Below, piece after piece: positions 20,383 through 28,833 of a DNA stretch of 64,000 bases (its first letter is position 1; each line of letters opens with the position of its first letter). A model generated the notes under the pieces. The model was not told the DNA's origin. It saw nothing but the letters and a program-made list of their open reading frames with translations, and ran no database searches. The translations under genes were made by a program, and so were the position numbers. Source of the stretch: an uncultured delta proteobacterium (lineage in GTDB: Bacteria; Desulfobacterota; Binatia; Binatales; Binataceae); the NCBI GenBank assembly GCA_963830715.1, contig CAWHNS010000021.1:211005-275004 (forward strand), in the 5' to 3' direction.

Positions 20383-21269
20383 TGTGATGCGGGAGATGGC
20401 TCCCGGTCGCGCGACAAGCGCCTGGTGCTGGTTCCCTTGACGAACGTAACGATTTCGCGATGCGTTCCATCCCGCACGATCTCCACGTCCATCTGGGCAA
20501 ACGGCGCACCGTGGGCGCGAGCCAGCGGGGACTGGAGCTTCGCGACCGCCATCGGGGCCGTGCTGTCCGGGCGCATCAGGGCGTCGGTATCGACGCCGTT
20601 GGTCGGCACGATTTTGTCGTCCGTGTAGTTGCGCAGCGCCAGCCGCAGCACGCCCTCGTGACCGGCCAGGGCGAGACGCTCCGATTGTTGCGGCGTGACC
20701 AGCAGCGTCACGACCTTGACCAATTGCGGCTCGTCCTTGTCGCCCGCGATCTGCTGGGCAACGGCCAGCACTTCAAGGTTCTGCAACACGACCTTTGAGA
20801 AAGACTTCTGGTTCTGCTCCTGCACCGAGACCAGCACGTCGAGCCGCGCCTGGGGAAGGATAAAGCCGGCGACGTCGCTCACCTCGTCGACCGCCAGCGA
20901 CATCGCACGCATCCCGGCCGGAATCAGCAGCGGCAGAATCCCACCGACCTTTTGGCCCGAATACAGCTTGCTGGTGACGATTGGCTCGTTCTCGACGAAG
21001 CTGTCTTTCACGATGCTGCTCATGAGGCTGGTCTGATCGGTCACCGCGCCGGGCGGCAGGCTCTCGCGCGACCAGCGGGCAAACTTGACCGCGCCGGGTT
21101 CGATTTTCGTTCCGAGCGGCAGGTAACGGGCCGCGACCGCGATCTCCACCGTGCCGAGGGCCGCCTTCCGCAACTCCGCGCGCTGCTTCTCGAGTGCCGA
21201 GTACACCACCACGGCTGCGAGCGTCGCGGCCAGCGCCGCGACCATTCCGAAAACGAACTCGCGTCTCAT
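20379..21269 (-). CDS. cpaB: Flp pilus assembly protein CpaB/RcpC
   Basis: N-terminal TM helix, SAF-like domain (VEIAVAARYLPLGTKIEPGAVKFARW). GGGGAGGG RBS before the ATG. Confidence 0.85.
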   Translation of the reverse strand: MRREFVFGMVAALAATLAAVVVYSALEKQRAELRKAALGTVEIAVAARYLPLGTKIEPGAVKFARWSRESLPPGAVTDQTSLMSSIVKDSFVENEPIVTSKLYSGQKVGGILPLLIPAGMRAMSLAVDEVSDVAGFILPQARLDVLVSVQEQNQKSFSKVVLQNLEVLAVAQQIAGDKDEPQLVKVVTLLVTPQQSERLALAGHEGVLRLALRNYTDDKIVPTNGVDTDALMRPDSTAPMAVAKLQSPLARAHGAPFAQMDVEIVRDGTHREIVTFVKGTSTRRLSRDREPSPASQ

Positions 21270-21379
21270 CCAGCCCTCCCCTTCACCGCCGACTCGTCAC
21301 GGTCAATCTCTTTACCCGCATCGCCGCCGCTTCCCGCGCCGATGAAGATCTCTGCCTCGAAACTACCGCGCGGGGCTTC

Positions 21380-21553
21380 TTACAGGCTGCTTGTTACGTT
21401 GGCTACCGTGTTCACGACGCCGGCGCCCAGGCTGGTGTATGCGGTGTAGACCACAACCGCGATCGCCGCCATTATCAGTGCATACTCAGTCATGGTCTGT
21501 CCGGCGCGATCCCGGCTTTTCGACCATAGCTTCCGCAGAACTGTCATACTCAT
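21380..21553 (-). CDS. flp: Flp family type IVb/c pilin (flp-1), 57 aa, absent from the ORF track
   Basis: Hand translation: MSMTVLRKLWSKSRDRAG/QTMTEYALIMAAIAVVVYTAYTSLGAGVVNTVANVTSSL*. Shows the G/xxxxEY processing motif and a hydrophobic helix. GGAGA RBS. Confidence 0.85.
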   Translation of the reverse strand: MSMTVLRKLWSKSRDRAGQTMTEYALIMAAIAVVVYTAYTSLGAGVVNTVANVTSSL

Positions 21554-21605
21554 TGTCGGTCTCCAGGGATTCTTCCTTCAGCCAATTACCAGCGAGAGAG
21601 ACCCG

Positions 21606-21620
21606 GCAACTGGGCTGCCT
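21606..21620 (-). promoter_or_regulatory. Sigma-54 type -24/-12 promoter upstream of flp-1
   Basis: Minus strand aGGCAg-CCCAG-TTGCc, compared with the consensus TGGCAC-N5-TTGCW. The GG-N10-GC spacing is exact. The -12 element is 52 nt before the ATG. Confidence 0.6.
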
Positions 21621-21696
21621 CTCTCTCGCGCATTCCTCCGCCGCTTCGCGCGCGATGAGTGTCCAGCCCGGTCGCCGGCCATCCGGCTGGCCGCGA

Positions 21697-21864
21697 CTAC
21701 AAACTGGCCGTGACGTTGGCAACGGTGTTGGTAATCGCCCCGCCGAGGGACTTGTACGCCGTGTATACGACGACCGCGATTGCCGCCATAATGAGGGCAT
21801 ACTCAGTCATCGTCTGACCCTTGTGCTCGGTGATTCTGACAAACAATTTTGTGAACATATCCAT
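21697..21864 (-). CDS. flp: Flp family type IVb/c pilin (flp-2), 55 aa, absent from the ORF track
   Basis: Hand translation: MDMFTKLFVRITEHKG/QTMTEYALIMAAIAVVVYTAYKSLGGAITNTVANVTASL*. GAGGAG RBS. Confidence 0.85.
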   Translation of the reverse strand: MDMFTKLFVRITEHKGQTMTEYALIMAAIAVVVYTAYKSLGGAITNTVANVTASL

Positions 21865-21929
21865 TGCTCTTACTCCTCGACGCGCGGTTCACTCGTTCAA
21901 AACCTCATTACGCGCAGAACCAACAAGAG

Positions 21930-21945
21930 GCAGGTCTCGTGCCAG
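21930..21945 (-). promoter_or_regulatory. Sigma-54 type -24/-12 promoter upstream of flp-2
   Basis: Minus strand CTGGCAC-GAGAC-CTGCC (9/10 match to TGGCAC-N5-TTGC). The GG-N10-GC spacing is exact. It lies 65 nt before the ATG. Confidence 0.65.
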
Positions 21946-22105
21946 CCGCTCGTCATGCAAACGCGAGCTGTACTGCGCGCTGAGTGGATTAGTTAGTCAC
22001 GGATGCGGGACTCGTCCCGTCCCACAATGCAACATGACGCATCGGGCCGGGAGCGCACCTGCGGCTTGACGATCGAAGGAGAGGTCTGCGAAGCGCGAAG
22101 CGACT

Positions 22106-22579
22106 CTATTTCTGCGGGATCAAGTGAGCCGGTAGCGGGATCGCTCCGGAATAGCTGCGGCGCGGCTTGAATTCGGCAAGCCAGTCCCAGACATAGTGTT
22201 GGCGGTTCGGCGGGTTCACCCGCGCGAGCACGTTCGCAGCGCAGTTCCCGCATAGCACGATCGCCTGGCGGCCACCGGCCCTGTTGCGTGCCATCGCTAC
22301 CAGCACCTTCTCGCCGAACATCGCGACCGATGCGTTCAGCAGAGGCGCCAGACGCGCGCTCACCACCGCGACCAGGACCTTAGTCCCGTAGAACAGCCAG
22401 TTGCGGTCACCGTTTTCCGCCAGGTCGGACATGGGCGCGGCGAGCAGAAACGCCTCGCCGGCAGGATCGGGCAGGTCAAGGTCCTTCCCACACGCGCCGC
22501 ATCGCGGCAGCGTCAGTTCAAGACCTCGTCCGAGCAGAAAGCATTCCGGCGTCCGCTTGCCGAAGAACCGCGCCAGCAT
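22106..22579 (-). CDS. Unrecognised CxxC...CxxC (Zn-ribbon-like) protein, paralog 2 (~157 aa)
   Basis: Shares EC-FLL..R..E, CGACG, GEKVLV, CGNC, NVLARV and YVWDW with the neighbouring ORF. No TM or signal sequence. The start is uncertain (ATG 22579 or GTG 22615). Confidence 0.55.
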   Translation of the reverse strand: MLARFFGKRTPECFLLGRGLELTLPRCGACGKDLDLPDPAGEAFLLAAPMSDLAENGDRNWLFYGTKVLVAVVSARLAPLLNASVAMFGEKVLVAMARNRAGGRQAIVLCGNCAANVLARVNPPNRQHYVWDWLAEFKPRRSYSGAIPLPAHLIPQK

Positions 22580-22646
22580 CCCACCCGGCCGCCCTTGAGG
22601 AAAGCGACTCTTCACCCCCGGCTTGCGCCCCCTTTTTTGGGCGCGC

Positions 22647-22916
22647 TCAGCCGGGCCGGCCGTTCCTCAGCGGGATAGCCCAGTCCCATACGTAGCGCCG
22701 GCGAGTATCGTCCGACTCGACACGGCTTACGATATTATCTCCGCAGCCGCCACAGAAGAAATAGGTGCGCTGGCCATTGCCCAGCGTCAGCACCATGGCC
22801 TTCTCGCCGATTGGGTTGTTGGTGAAGCCGCGCCCGCATACCGCGCAGCATCCCTGACTTAGAACCTCGACCCGGTTGACTACCAAATACTCGCTGACTT
22901 CAGCGCTTGCGTCCAT
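22647..22916 (-). CDS. Unrecognised CxxC...CxxC (Zn-ribbon-like) protein, paralog 1 (89 aa)
   Basis: ATG at 22916 preceded by GGAGAGGA. Motifs EYLVV, CAVCG, GEKAMV, CGGCG, NIVSRV and YVWDW. Confidence 0.6.
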   Translation of the reverse strand: MDASAEVSEYLVVNRVEVLSQGCCAVCGRGFTNNPIGEKAMVLTLGNGQRTYFFCGGCGDNIVSRVESDDTRRRYVWDWAIPLRNGRPG

Positions 22917-23314
22917 TGGTGTCCTCTCCGTTGCAATTCTCCAAAACATCTCCAACCGGTTCCGCCCGCGCCACAACCGCTCTCGAGACGCGATGTTGCA
23001 GGTTCAGCCGCCTTCAAGCCTCATTGCGCGTGACCGCCGCTCGCTGGCGAGGAGCTCGGGAGTAAGCGGTCATTCGCGGCGGATCGCCACTCGCCGCAGG
23101 CTCGGCCAGCTTCTCCAGATTAACACGCGCCGAGGCTAGCAGACTTCGCCGCTCGGCGACAAACAGGAGCGAAATAGGAACGTCACGGCAAAGCCGGAGT
23201 CGCGGCGGCACGATGGAAATCGGCGCGAATGCCATAGGCGGGACGACCCGGCCTGGGGGCCGCGAAGCCGTGCGCGCCGGGCCGCGCGCAGCCCCGTCGC
23301 CCCCAAAGGGCGGC

Positions 23315-24460
23315 TCAACGCGCGCTGCGGTTGGAACGGACTTCGGCCAGACCGAAGCGGCTGATCATCCTATACACAGTGTAGCGCGAAACTCCTAAAA
23401 GTCGCGCCGCACGGATGCAGTTGCCCTCGGACCTGTCCAGCGCGCGCACCAGCGCTTCCTTCGCCGCCTCGTTGACAGCATGATCCAGCGATAGTGGCGC
23501 CGACTCTCCCTCATCTCCTGCCGGCCGCTGCGGCGCCCCCCCGCGGATAGCGGGGCCGCGCAGATCGCTTGCGCCGGGTGCTGCCTTGACGAGGTAGGCG
23601 GGCAAATTGCCGATGTCAATCCGGTCGCTGTCCGTGAGCAGCATCGCGCTTTCCACCACGTGCGAGAGCTCGCGCACGTTGCCCGGCCAGTCGTAGGCCG
23701 CAAGCGCCTTCATCGCCCCTCGCGAGACGTATTTCACCCGCTTGCTGAGCATCTGGTCGTAGTGCTCGACGTAGTGCGCGGCGAGCGCCTCCACGTCGCT
23801 GCCGCGTTCCCGCAGCGGCGGAATCAGCACCACGCTGGTATTGAGCCGGTAGTAGAGATCGTCGCGGAACTGGCCGGCCTTGACCATTGCGCGCAGATCG
23901 CAGTTGCTCGCCGCGATCAGCCGGATATCCACCAGATGGCTCTGCGAAGAGCCGACCGGCTGCACTTCGCGGGTCTCGACCACTCTGAGCAGCTTGGCCT
24001 GGAGCCGCAGCGGCAGTTCCCCGATCTCGTCGAGGAAAAGCGTGCCGCCGGCGGCGGAGCGGAAGTAGCCGAGCGAGGTCTCCCTCGCGTCGGTGAAGGC
24101 GCCGCGCACGTGGCCAAAGAGCTGGGACTCGGCCAGCGTATCCACCAGGTTCGAGCAGTTGAACGTGACAAACGGGCCTTTGGGCGCGGGCCCCAGCAGA
24201 TGGAGCGCGCGGGCCACCAACTCCTTGCCGGTGCCCGATTCGCCCTGGATGAGCACCGTCGACTTGTGCGGCCCGAGCCGCCCGACGGTCCTGAACAGAT
24301 CGCGCATCGCCTCGCACCGTCCGATCATGGCGCCCAGCCGGGCCGTTCCGGCGCCCAGTCCGGCAACCTCCAGCCATTCGCCACCGCCCTCGGCCTGTTC
24401 TTCCAGCGCGAACAGCGCGTCGTCAGCCGTCCGATCCAGGGAAATTTGCTCTAGGCCCAT
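23315..24460 (-). CDS. Sigma-54-dependent transcriptional activator (EBP2), AAA+ plus Fis-type HTH, no sensor domain
   Basis: GESGTGKE, GAFTDA, FLDEIGELP, WPGNVRE, HTH AARLLGVSRYTVYRMI. About 43 aa precede the AAA+ core. Very similar to EBP1 throughout the AAA+ domain. Confidence 0.9.
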   Translation of the reverse strand: MGLEQISLDRTADDALFALEEQAEGGGEWLEVAGLGAGTARLGAMIGRCEAMRDLFRTVGRLGPHKSTVLIQGESGTGKELVARALHLLGPAPKGPFVTFNCSNLVDTLAESQLFGHVRGAFTDARETSLGYFRSAAGGTLFLDEIGELPLRLQAKLLRVVETREVQPVGSSQSHLVDIRLIAASNCDLRAMVKAGQFRDDLYYRLNTSVVLIPPLRERGSDVEALAAHYVEHYDQMLSKRVKYVSRGAMKALAAYDWPGNVRELSHVVESAMLLTDSDRIDIGNLPAYLVKAAPGASDLRGPAIRGGAPQRPAGDEGESAPLSLDHAVNEAAKEALVRALDRSEGNCIRAARLLGVSRYTVYRMISRFGLAEVRSNRSAR

Positions 24461-24837
24461 CTTCCTACCCCTCCTCGCTTGCCAGCGTACATTTGGTTAT
24501 AAAACCTAATCTACAAGTTGTAGTGGTATGGTTATGGCGGGAAAGGCCGAGAATGTCAAGTGGGGGCGATTCAAGGCCGGCGCAGGGGTCTAAAGAACGG
24601 CGTATTGGGTCCGAATTCGCCTCAATTGGCGGCAATAGCAGGGCTTTTGAGCCGCCTTGATCCCGCCCGGCAGCGCCGCCCTGACCGGCCCGAACGGGCC
24701 CGCCTCAGCCCTACAAAATGTCGGCTGCCGGCGCTCCGCGGGCCGCCGCGCGCACCGCCGGGCTGCGCCTTGAGCGCGACCGTTACGGGGCCGATAATCG
24801 ATGCTTCGCAACACCGGACCGGGCAGGTGATCGAAAT

Positions 24838-25526
24838 ATGGCTTTAAGGCGCGCCGCGTTTCTGTTCGACGTCGACAATACGCTGCTCGACAACGACCGG
24901 GTCACCGCCGACCTCATGCGCCATCTGGCGATGGGGGTGGGGCTCGAAGGACAGCGCCGCTACAGCGAGCTGTTCGAGGACTTGCGCGCGGAACTCGGCT
25001 ACGCCGACTACCTCGGGGCGCTGCAACGCTACCGGGTCGAAAACCCTCACGACTTCGGCATCCTTTCGGTTTCCTCCTTCCTGGTGAACTACCCGTTCGC
25101 CAACCGGCTCTTCCCCGGCTCGCTCGACGCGGTCGAGTCCTGCCGCCCGCTGGGCGAAACGATAATCGTCTCGGACGGCGACGTGGTGTTTCAGCCGCTC
25201 AAGATCGAACGATCGGGCCTGATGGAGGCCTTCGAGCGCAAGGTGCTGATCTACATCCACAAGGAAAAGGAACTCGACGATCTCGCCGAGCGCCACCCCG
25301 CCGACCACTATGTCTTCATCGACGACAAGGTGCGGATTCTTGCGGCGGTCAAAAGAGTGTGGGGCCGCGCGTCACCACTGTCTTCCCGGTCCAGGGGCAC
25401 TATGCGCGCGATCAGAAGGAAATCGCGATGTACCAGCGGCCTGACGTCACGATTGAGCGGATCGGCGTGCTGGCGGATTTGGACCTTCCCAGCCTGATTC
25501 GAGCCGGGCCTGCCGGTAGCGATTGA
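24838..25526 (+). CDS. HAD-superfamily hydrolase, apparent frameshift near 25361-25372
   Basis: DVDNTLLDND motif I and SDGDVVFQ. The C-terminus VTTVFPVQGHYARDQKEIAMYQRPDVTIERIGVLADL... reads in the adjacent frame. The span is 689 nt (3n+2). Confidence 0.7.
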
Positions 25527-25626
25527 AGCCGGGTCGTCGCGGCGGCGGCACTGACCGGGCCTCGAAGCCCATTTCGGTACGATCTTCCATGGGCCGGCAA
25601 GGCGACCCGAAAGCGCATGGAATCCG

Positions 25627-25654
25627 TTGTCAAAGTACCCCAGGAGTGTACTAA
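25627..25654 (+). promoter_or_regulatory. Candidate sigma-70 promoter (TTGTCA-N16-TACTAA), copy 1
   Basis: TTGTCAAAGTACCCCAGGAGTGTACTAAGGT is nearly identical to the sequence at 26169-26196, which lies in front of the paralogous lipoprotein gene. Confidence 0.45.
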
Positions 25655-25705
25655 GGTACGTTCTCGCATGTTCCGGACCGGTGCGACTCGGAGGGAGAAC
25701 TTTCG

Positions 25706-26071
25706 ATGAAACGGCGTCGTCCTGGATTTTCTTCCGCCGCGGGTTTGAGCCTCGCGATGCTGGTGGTTGTCGCGGCTGTGTCTGGGTGCACCACCCAGCG
25801 CCGCGAAATCGGATGGTGCACGGTAGGCGGCGGCGTCGCCGGTGCCCTCGTCGGGGGAGCAATTGGCATCGGCATCGGGGGCCGCGAAGGAGTGGCTAAC
25901 GGGAACTCACATGACAATTCAACAACCACGGCAGTAATAGCGGACACCGCCGGAGTCGTGGGTGGTTTGGCTCTGGGGGCCGTCATCGGCCACTACGCAT
26001 GCGATCCGATTATCCATCCTCCGCCTCCGCCTCCCACCCCCGGGGCTTCATCGCCGATGGACAATCCCTAG
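25706..26071 (+). CDS. Lipoprotein with glycine-zipper segments, ending in a short poly-Pro tail
   Basis: Lipobox AVSGC, GGVAGALVGGAIGIGIGG and VVGGLALGAVIG. GGAGGGAG RBS. Confidence 0.65.
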   Translation: MKRRRPGFSSAAGLSLAMLVVVAAVSGCTTQRREIGWCTVGGGVAGALVGGAIGIGIGGREGVANGNSHDNSTTTAVIADTAGVVGGLALGAVIGHYACDPIIHPPPPPPTPGASSPMDNP

Positions 26072-26168
26072 CCGTGTGGGTGGGAATTCGCGAGGCCCGG
26101 GTTTCTTAACATCTTGTAGCGAAAGTCTTTTGTCGAAGTAGAAGGCGGAATTCGGCTGGTTCCGGGAG

Positions 26169-26196
26169 TTGTCAAATTACCCCCGGAATGTACTAA
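26169..26196 (+). promoter_or_regulatory. Candidate sigma-70 promoter (TTGTCA-N16-TACTAA), copy 2
   Basis: TTGTCAAATTACCCCCGGAATGTACTAAGGT. Same spacing and hexamers as copy 1. Confidence 0.45.
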
Positions 26197-26253
26197 GGTT
26201 CCTGCTCTCACCCTCGTTTGGATGGGGGCGAGCGATTCGGAGGAAGCACAGCA

Positions 26254-26931
26254 ATGACCAGGCGGCCAAAGTGGCTGGGTTCGGTATGCCTGACGGCCCT
26301 TCTATTGGCTTCGGGATGCGCCGCGCCTCCCAAGCGGATTCTGGCCGGCGCCGCAGTGGGCACAGTGGGCGGAGCGGCCATCGGCTGCGCTACCGCGGCC
26401 TTCATCGACGACGACGATCCGACCACCTACGCGATCGGATGCACCAGCGGCGCGGCCGCCGGGGCTCTGCTTGGTGCGTTGGCCGCGAATGCGACCTATC
26501 ACGCTCCGCCGCCGCCTCCTCCTCCCCCGCCGCCACCGCCACCACCGCCTCCGCCGACGGTCATCGTTGCCAAGCCCGCCCGCGAAAAAATCGTGCTGCG
26601 TGGAGTGCACTTCGATTTCGACAAGTCCATCATTCGCCCCGAAGATCAGCCGGTGCTTGACGAGGCCGCCGAAATCCTCAAGCGCCATCGGCAGATCACG
26701 ATCTACGTCGATGGATACTGCGACATACGCGGAAGCGAGGAGTACAACCTAAAGTTGTCTCAACGGCGCTCGGCGGCGGTGGTGGCTTATTTGGAGGACG
26801 CTGGCGTCTCGGCGGCGCGCATGATTCCGCGCGGCTTCGGCAAAACCAACTTCGTGGCCTCCAATGACACCGACGAGGGACGCGCGCAGAACCGCCGCGT
26901 CGAGTTGCTCCCGGTCGGAGCGGGACCGTGA
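26254..26931 (+). CDS. OmpA-family lipoprotein (glycine zipper, 17-residue poly-Pro linker, OmpA C-terminal domain)
   Basis: Lipobox LLASGC, a P17 run, and OmpA_C motifs (GVHFDFDKS, GYCDIRGSEEYNLKLSQRRSAAV, NRRVEL). ATG at 26254 with GGAGGAAG RBS. Confidence 0.85.
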   Translation: MTRRPKWLGSVCLTALLLASGCAAPPKRILAGAAVGTVGGAAIGCATAAFIDDDDPTTYAIGCTSGAAAGALLGALAANATYHAPPPPPPPPPPPPPPPPPTVIVAKPAREKIVLRGVHFDFDKSIIRPEDQPVLDEAAEILKRHRQITIYVDGYCDIRGSEEYNLKLSQRRSAAVVAYLEDAGVSAARMIPRGFGKTNFVASNDTDEGRAQNRRVELLPVGAGP

Positions 26932-26974
26932 GCCCGGCGCCGCAAAACATCGCCTTCGGGGGTTCGTGAGCCCG

Positions 26975-27817
26975 ATGCAACTCGCAAGAGCCGGCGCGAT
27001 CAAGCTTGAGTTCGAAGCCCGTGGAGCGGGTGAGGCGCTGGTCCTTATCCACGGCAGCGTCATTGCGGACTCGTACGTTCCGATAATGGGCGAGCCGCCG
27101 CTGTCGCATTTTCGGTTGATCAGGTACCGCCGCCGCGGCTATGGCGGCAGCACGCATTCCGCGCCGCCGGTCAGCATCCGCGATCAGGCCGCCGACTGCA
27201 TGGCCCTGATGCGTCACCTGGGTGTCGAGCGGGCACATGTGGCCGGTCATTCATATGGCGGCGCAATCGCCATTCAACTCGCGCTTGACTTCCCAAGGGC
27301 GGTGCACTCGCTGATGCTGCTGGAGCCGGCGCTGGTGTTCAAAGTGCCCGCCAGCGCGCGATTGTCGGAACAGATGCTGCCGATGAGAGTCAAGTATGAG
27401 TGCGGCGACAGGACCGGCGCACTCGAGCATTTCATGGAGGTCGTGGAAGGACCCGCGTGGCGCAACGCGGCTGACGCGGTTGCGGGCGCCTGGCAGATGG
27501 CGGTCGCGGACGCCGACAATTTTTTCCAGATCGAGGGCGCGGCGTTGCTCGAATGGAGCTTCGGTCCCGACGATGCCCGCCGGATCAAGCAGCCCATCCT
27601 GGCCGTAGTCGGGGCCGATACCGCAGCCGTGTTCCGTGAGACTCACGAACTCACGCTGTCATGGTTTCCGAAAGCCGAGCCGGTAGTGATTCCCGGCGCG
27701 ACGCATATGCTCCCTTTGGTACAACCTCGCGCGGTGGCGCTGGCGCTTTCCGACTTCATGGCCCGGCACCCGATCGCCGCCGAGCGGGTCAATCCGGTCG
27801 GGAACGATCTCGCCTAA
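26975..27817 (+). CDS. Alpha/beta hydrolase
   Basis: LVLIHGS and the GHSYGG nucleophile elbow. ATG at 26975. Confidence 0.8.
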   Translation: MQLARAGAIKLEFEARGAGEALVLIHGSVIADSYVPIMGEPPLSHFRLIRYRRRGYGGSTHSAPPVSIRDQAADCMALMRHLGVERAHVAGHSYGGAIAIQLALDFPRAVHSLMLLEPALVFKVPASARLSEQMLPMRVKYECGDRTGALEHFMEVVEGPAWRNAADAVAGAWQMAVADADNFFQIEGAALLEWSFGPDDARRIKQPILAVVGADTAAVFRETHELTLSWFPKAEPVVIPGATHMLPLVQPRAVALALSDFMARHPIAAERVNPVGNDLA

Positions 27818-27843
27818 CCTCACCCGCCGCATTCGCTCCGGCA

Positions 27844-27865
27844 CCCTCTCCCTTCAGGGAGAGGG
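27844..27865. repeat. REP-like hairpin CCCTCTCCC-TTCA-GGGAGAGGG, 27 nt after the hydrolase stop (possible terminator)
   Basis: 9-bp perfect stem, the same stem sequence as at 3201-3225. It is followed by the moderately T-rich GTTCTTGTTATC. Confidence 0.5.
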
Positions 27866-28134
27866 CCGGGGAGAGGTTCTTGTTATCGGGGACGCCACAA
27901 GTCTTCACCGCGTACATTCGGGGAAATCGCTCGCGCGCGGCTGGTGACCAAATGGCGTATTCGGGTCGGACGGAATGATCTCAGGAAGCATTAGGCGCAA
28001 TCGGCCCAGGCGCACATCCGCCCCCATGTAACGGGATATTGCATTTTGTCGCGTTGCGGCTAGATATAAGGGCAGGGCTGAGGGGGCGTACATCTTGGCG
28101 AGCCGGGCGCGTGCCTGGCAGCCTTGATGAGCTT

Positions 28135-28833
28135 TCAGCAGGAGGATTTCCGCGCGCCCCCCAGCCCAATTCTGTCGGCGTCGGCCTTTTGTCGATCGAC
28201 CGTTACTCTCTCAGTAGCAATCCCCTTCAGGAAGATCTCAAGGACCCCGTTGACGTACTCGCGCGGCGGCTGCACGCCCGAACCGAAGATCTGCTTCTGC
28301 AGGAAGTACACCGTGATGAAATCGACCATCAACCGCCCGAACGTGCGGGCGTCCAGATCGGCCCGGACTTCCCCGCTGCGCTTGAACGCTTCGATCCAGC
28401 GCGCGCTCTGCTCGTACAGGCGATCCAGCACCCTGGTGTAGACGAACTCGGCCTCACGCCCGGACAGCAGCGCCTGAATGTGGAGGAAGCGGACCAGCTC
28501 ACCGCTCGCGTCCATCAGGTCGAGCGCCCGCCCAACCACCATCGGGAGCGCCTCTGAGACGCGCAAATCCTGCGGCACGGACAGCCCGGCTTCGATGCCG
28601 GCAATCAACTGGTTCTCCGCCAGGATGCCGCTGAGGATCTCCTCCTTGGTCTTGAAATGATAATAGAGAAGGCCCTTGGTCGCTTCGAGTTCGAGCGCGA
28701 TATCATCCATCGTAGCGCCGTGATAGCCCTTTTCCGCGAAGACCTTGAGCCCCGCCCTCAGAATCTCCTCGCGTTTTCGCGCCTTGCGACGGGCCCTGAG
28801 CCCGATCGGCGCGATGCTGTGCCGAGCGCGCAT
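28135..28833 (-). CDS. TetR/AcrR family transcriptional regulator
   Basis: N-terminal HTH: ILRAGLKVFAEKGYHGATMDDIALELEATKGLLYYHFKTKEEI. Confidence 0.85.
   Translation of the reverse strand: MRARHSIAPIGLRARRKARKREEILRAGLKVFAEKGYHGATMDDIALELEATKGLLYYHFKTKEEILSGILAENQLIAGIEAGLSVPQDLRVSEALPMVVGRALDLMDASGELVRFLHIQALLSGREAEFVYTRVLDRLYEQSARWIEAFKRSGEVRADLDARTFGRLMVDFITVYFLQKQIFGSGVQPPREYVNGVLEIFLKGIATERVTVDRQKADADRIGLGGARKSSC

Noticed and set aside
21339-21358. AGGCAG-AGATC-TTCAT upstream of cpaB as a third sigma-54 promoter
   Set aside because: The invariant -12 GC is missing (TTCA instead of TTGC), so I treat it as a near miss.
22616-22646. GCGCCC-CCTTTTTT-GGGCGC hairpin between the two Zn-ribbon ORFs as a terminator
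   Set aside because: The stem is only 6 bp. The T-run lies in the loop on the plus strand and becomes an A-run on the coding (minus) strand, so it is not a convincing intrinsic terminator.
26500-26560. CCG/CCT/CCA-rich repetitive stretch that might be a microsatellite or CRISPR-like repeat
   Set aside because: It is in frame inside the OmpA-family gene and encodes 17 consecutive prolines. There is no repeat-spacer architecture.
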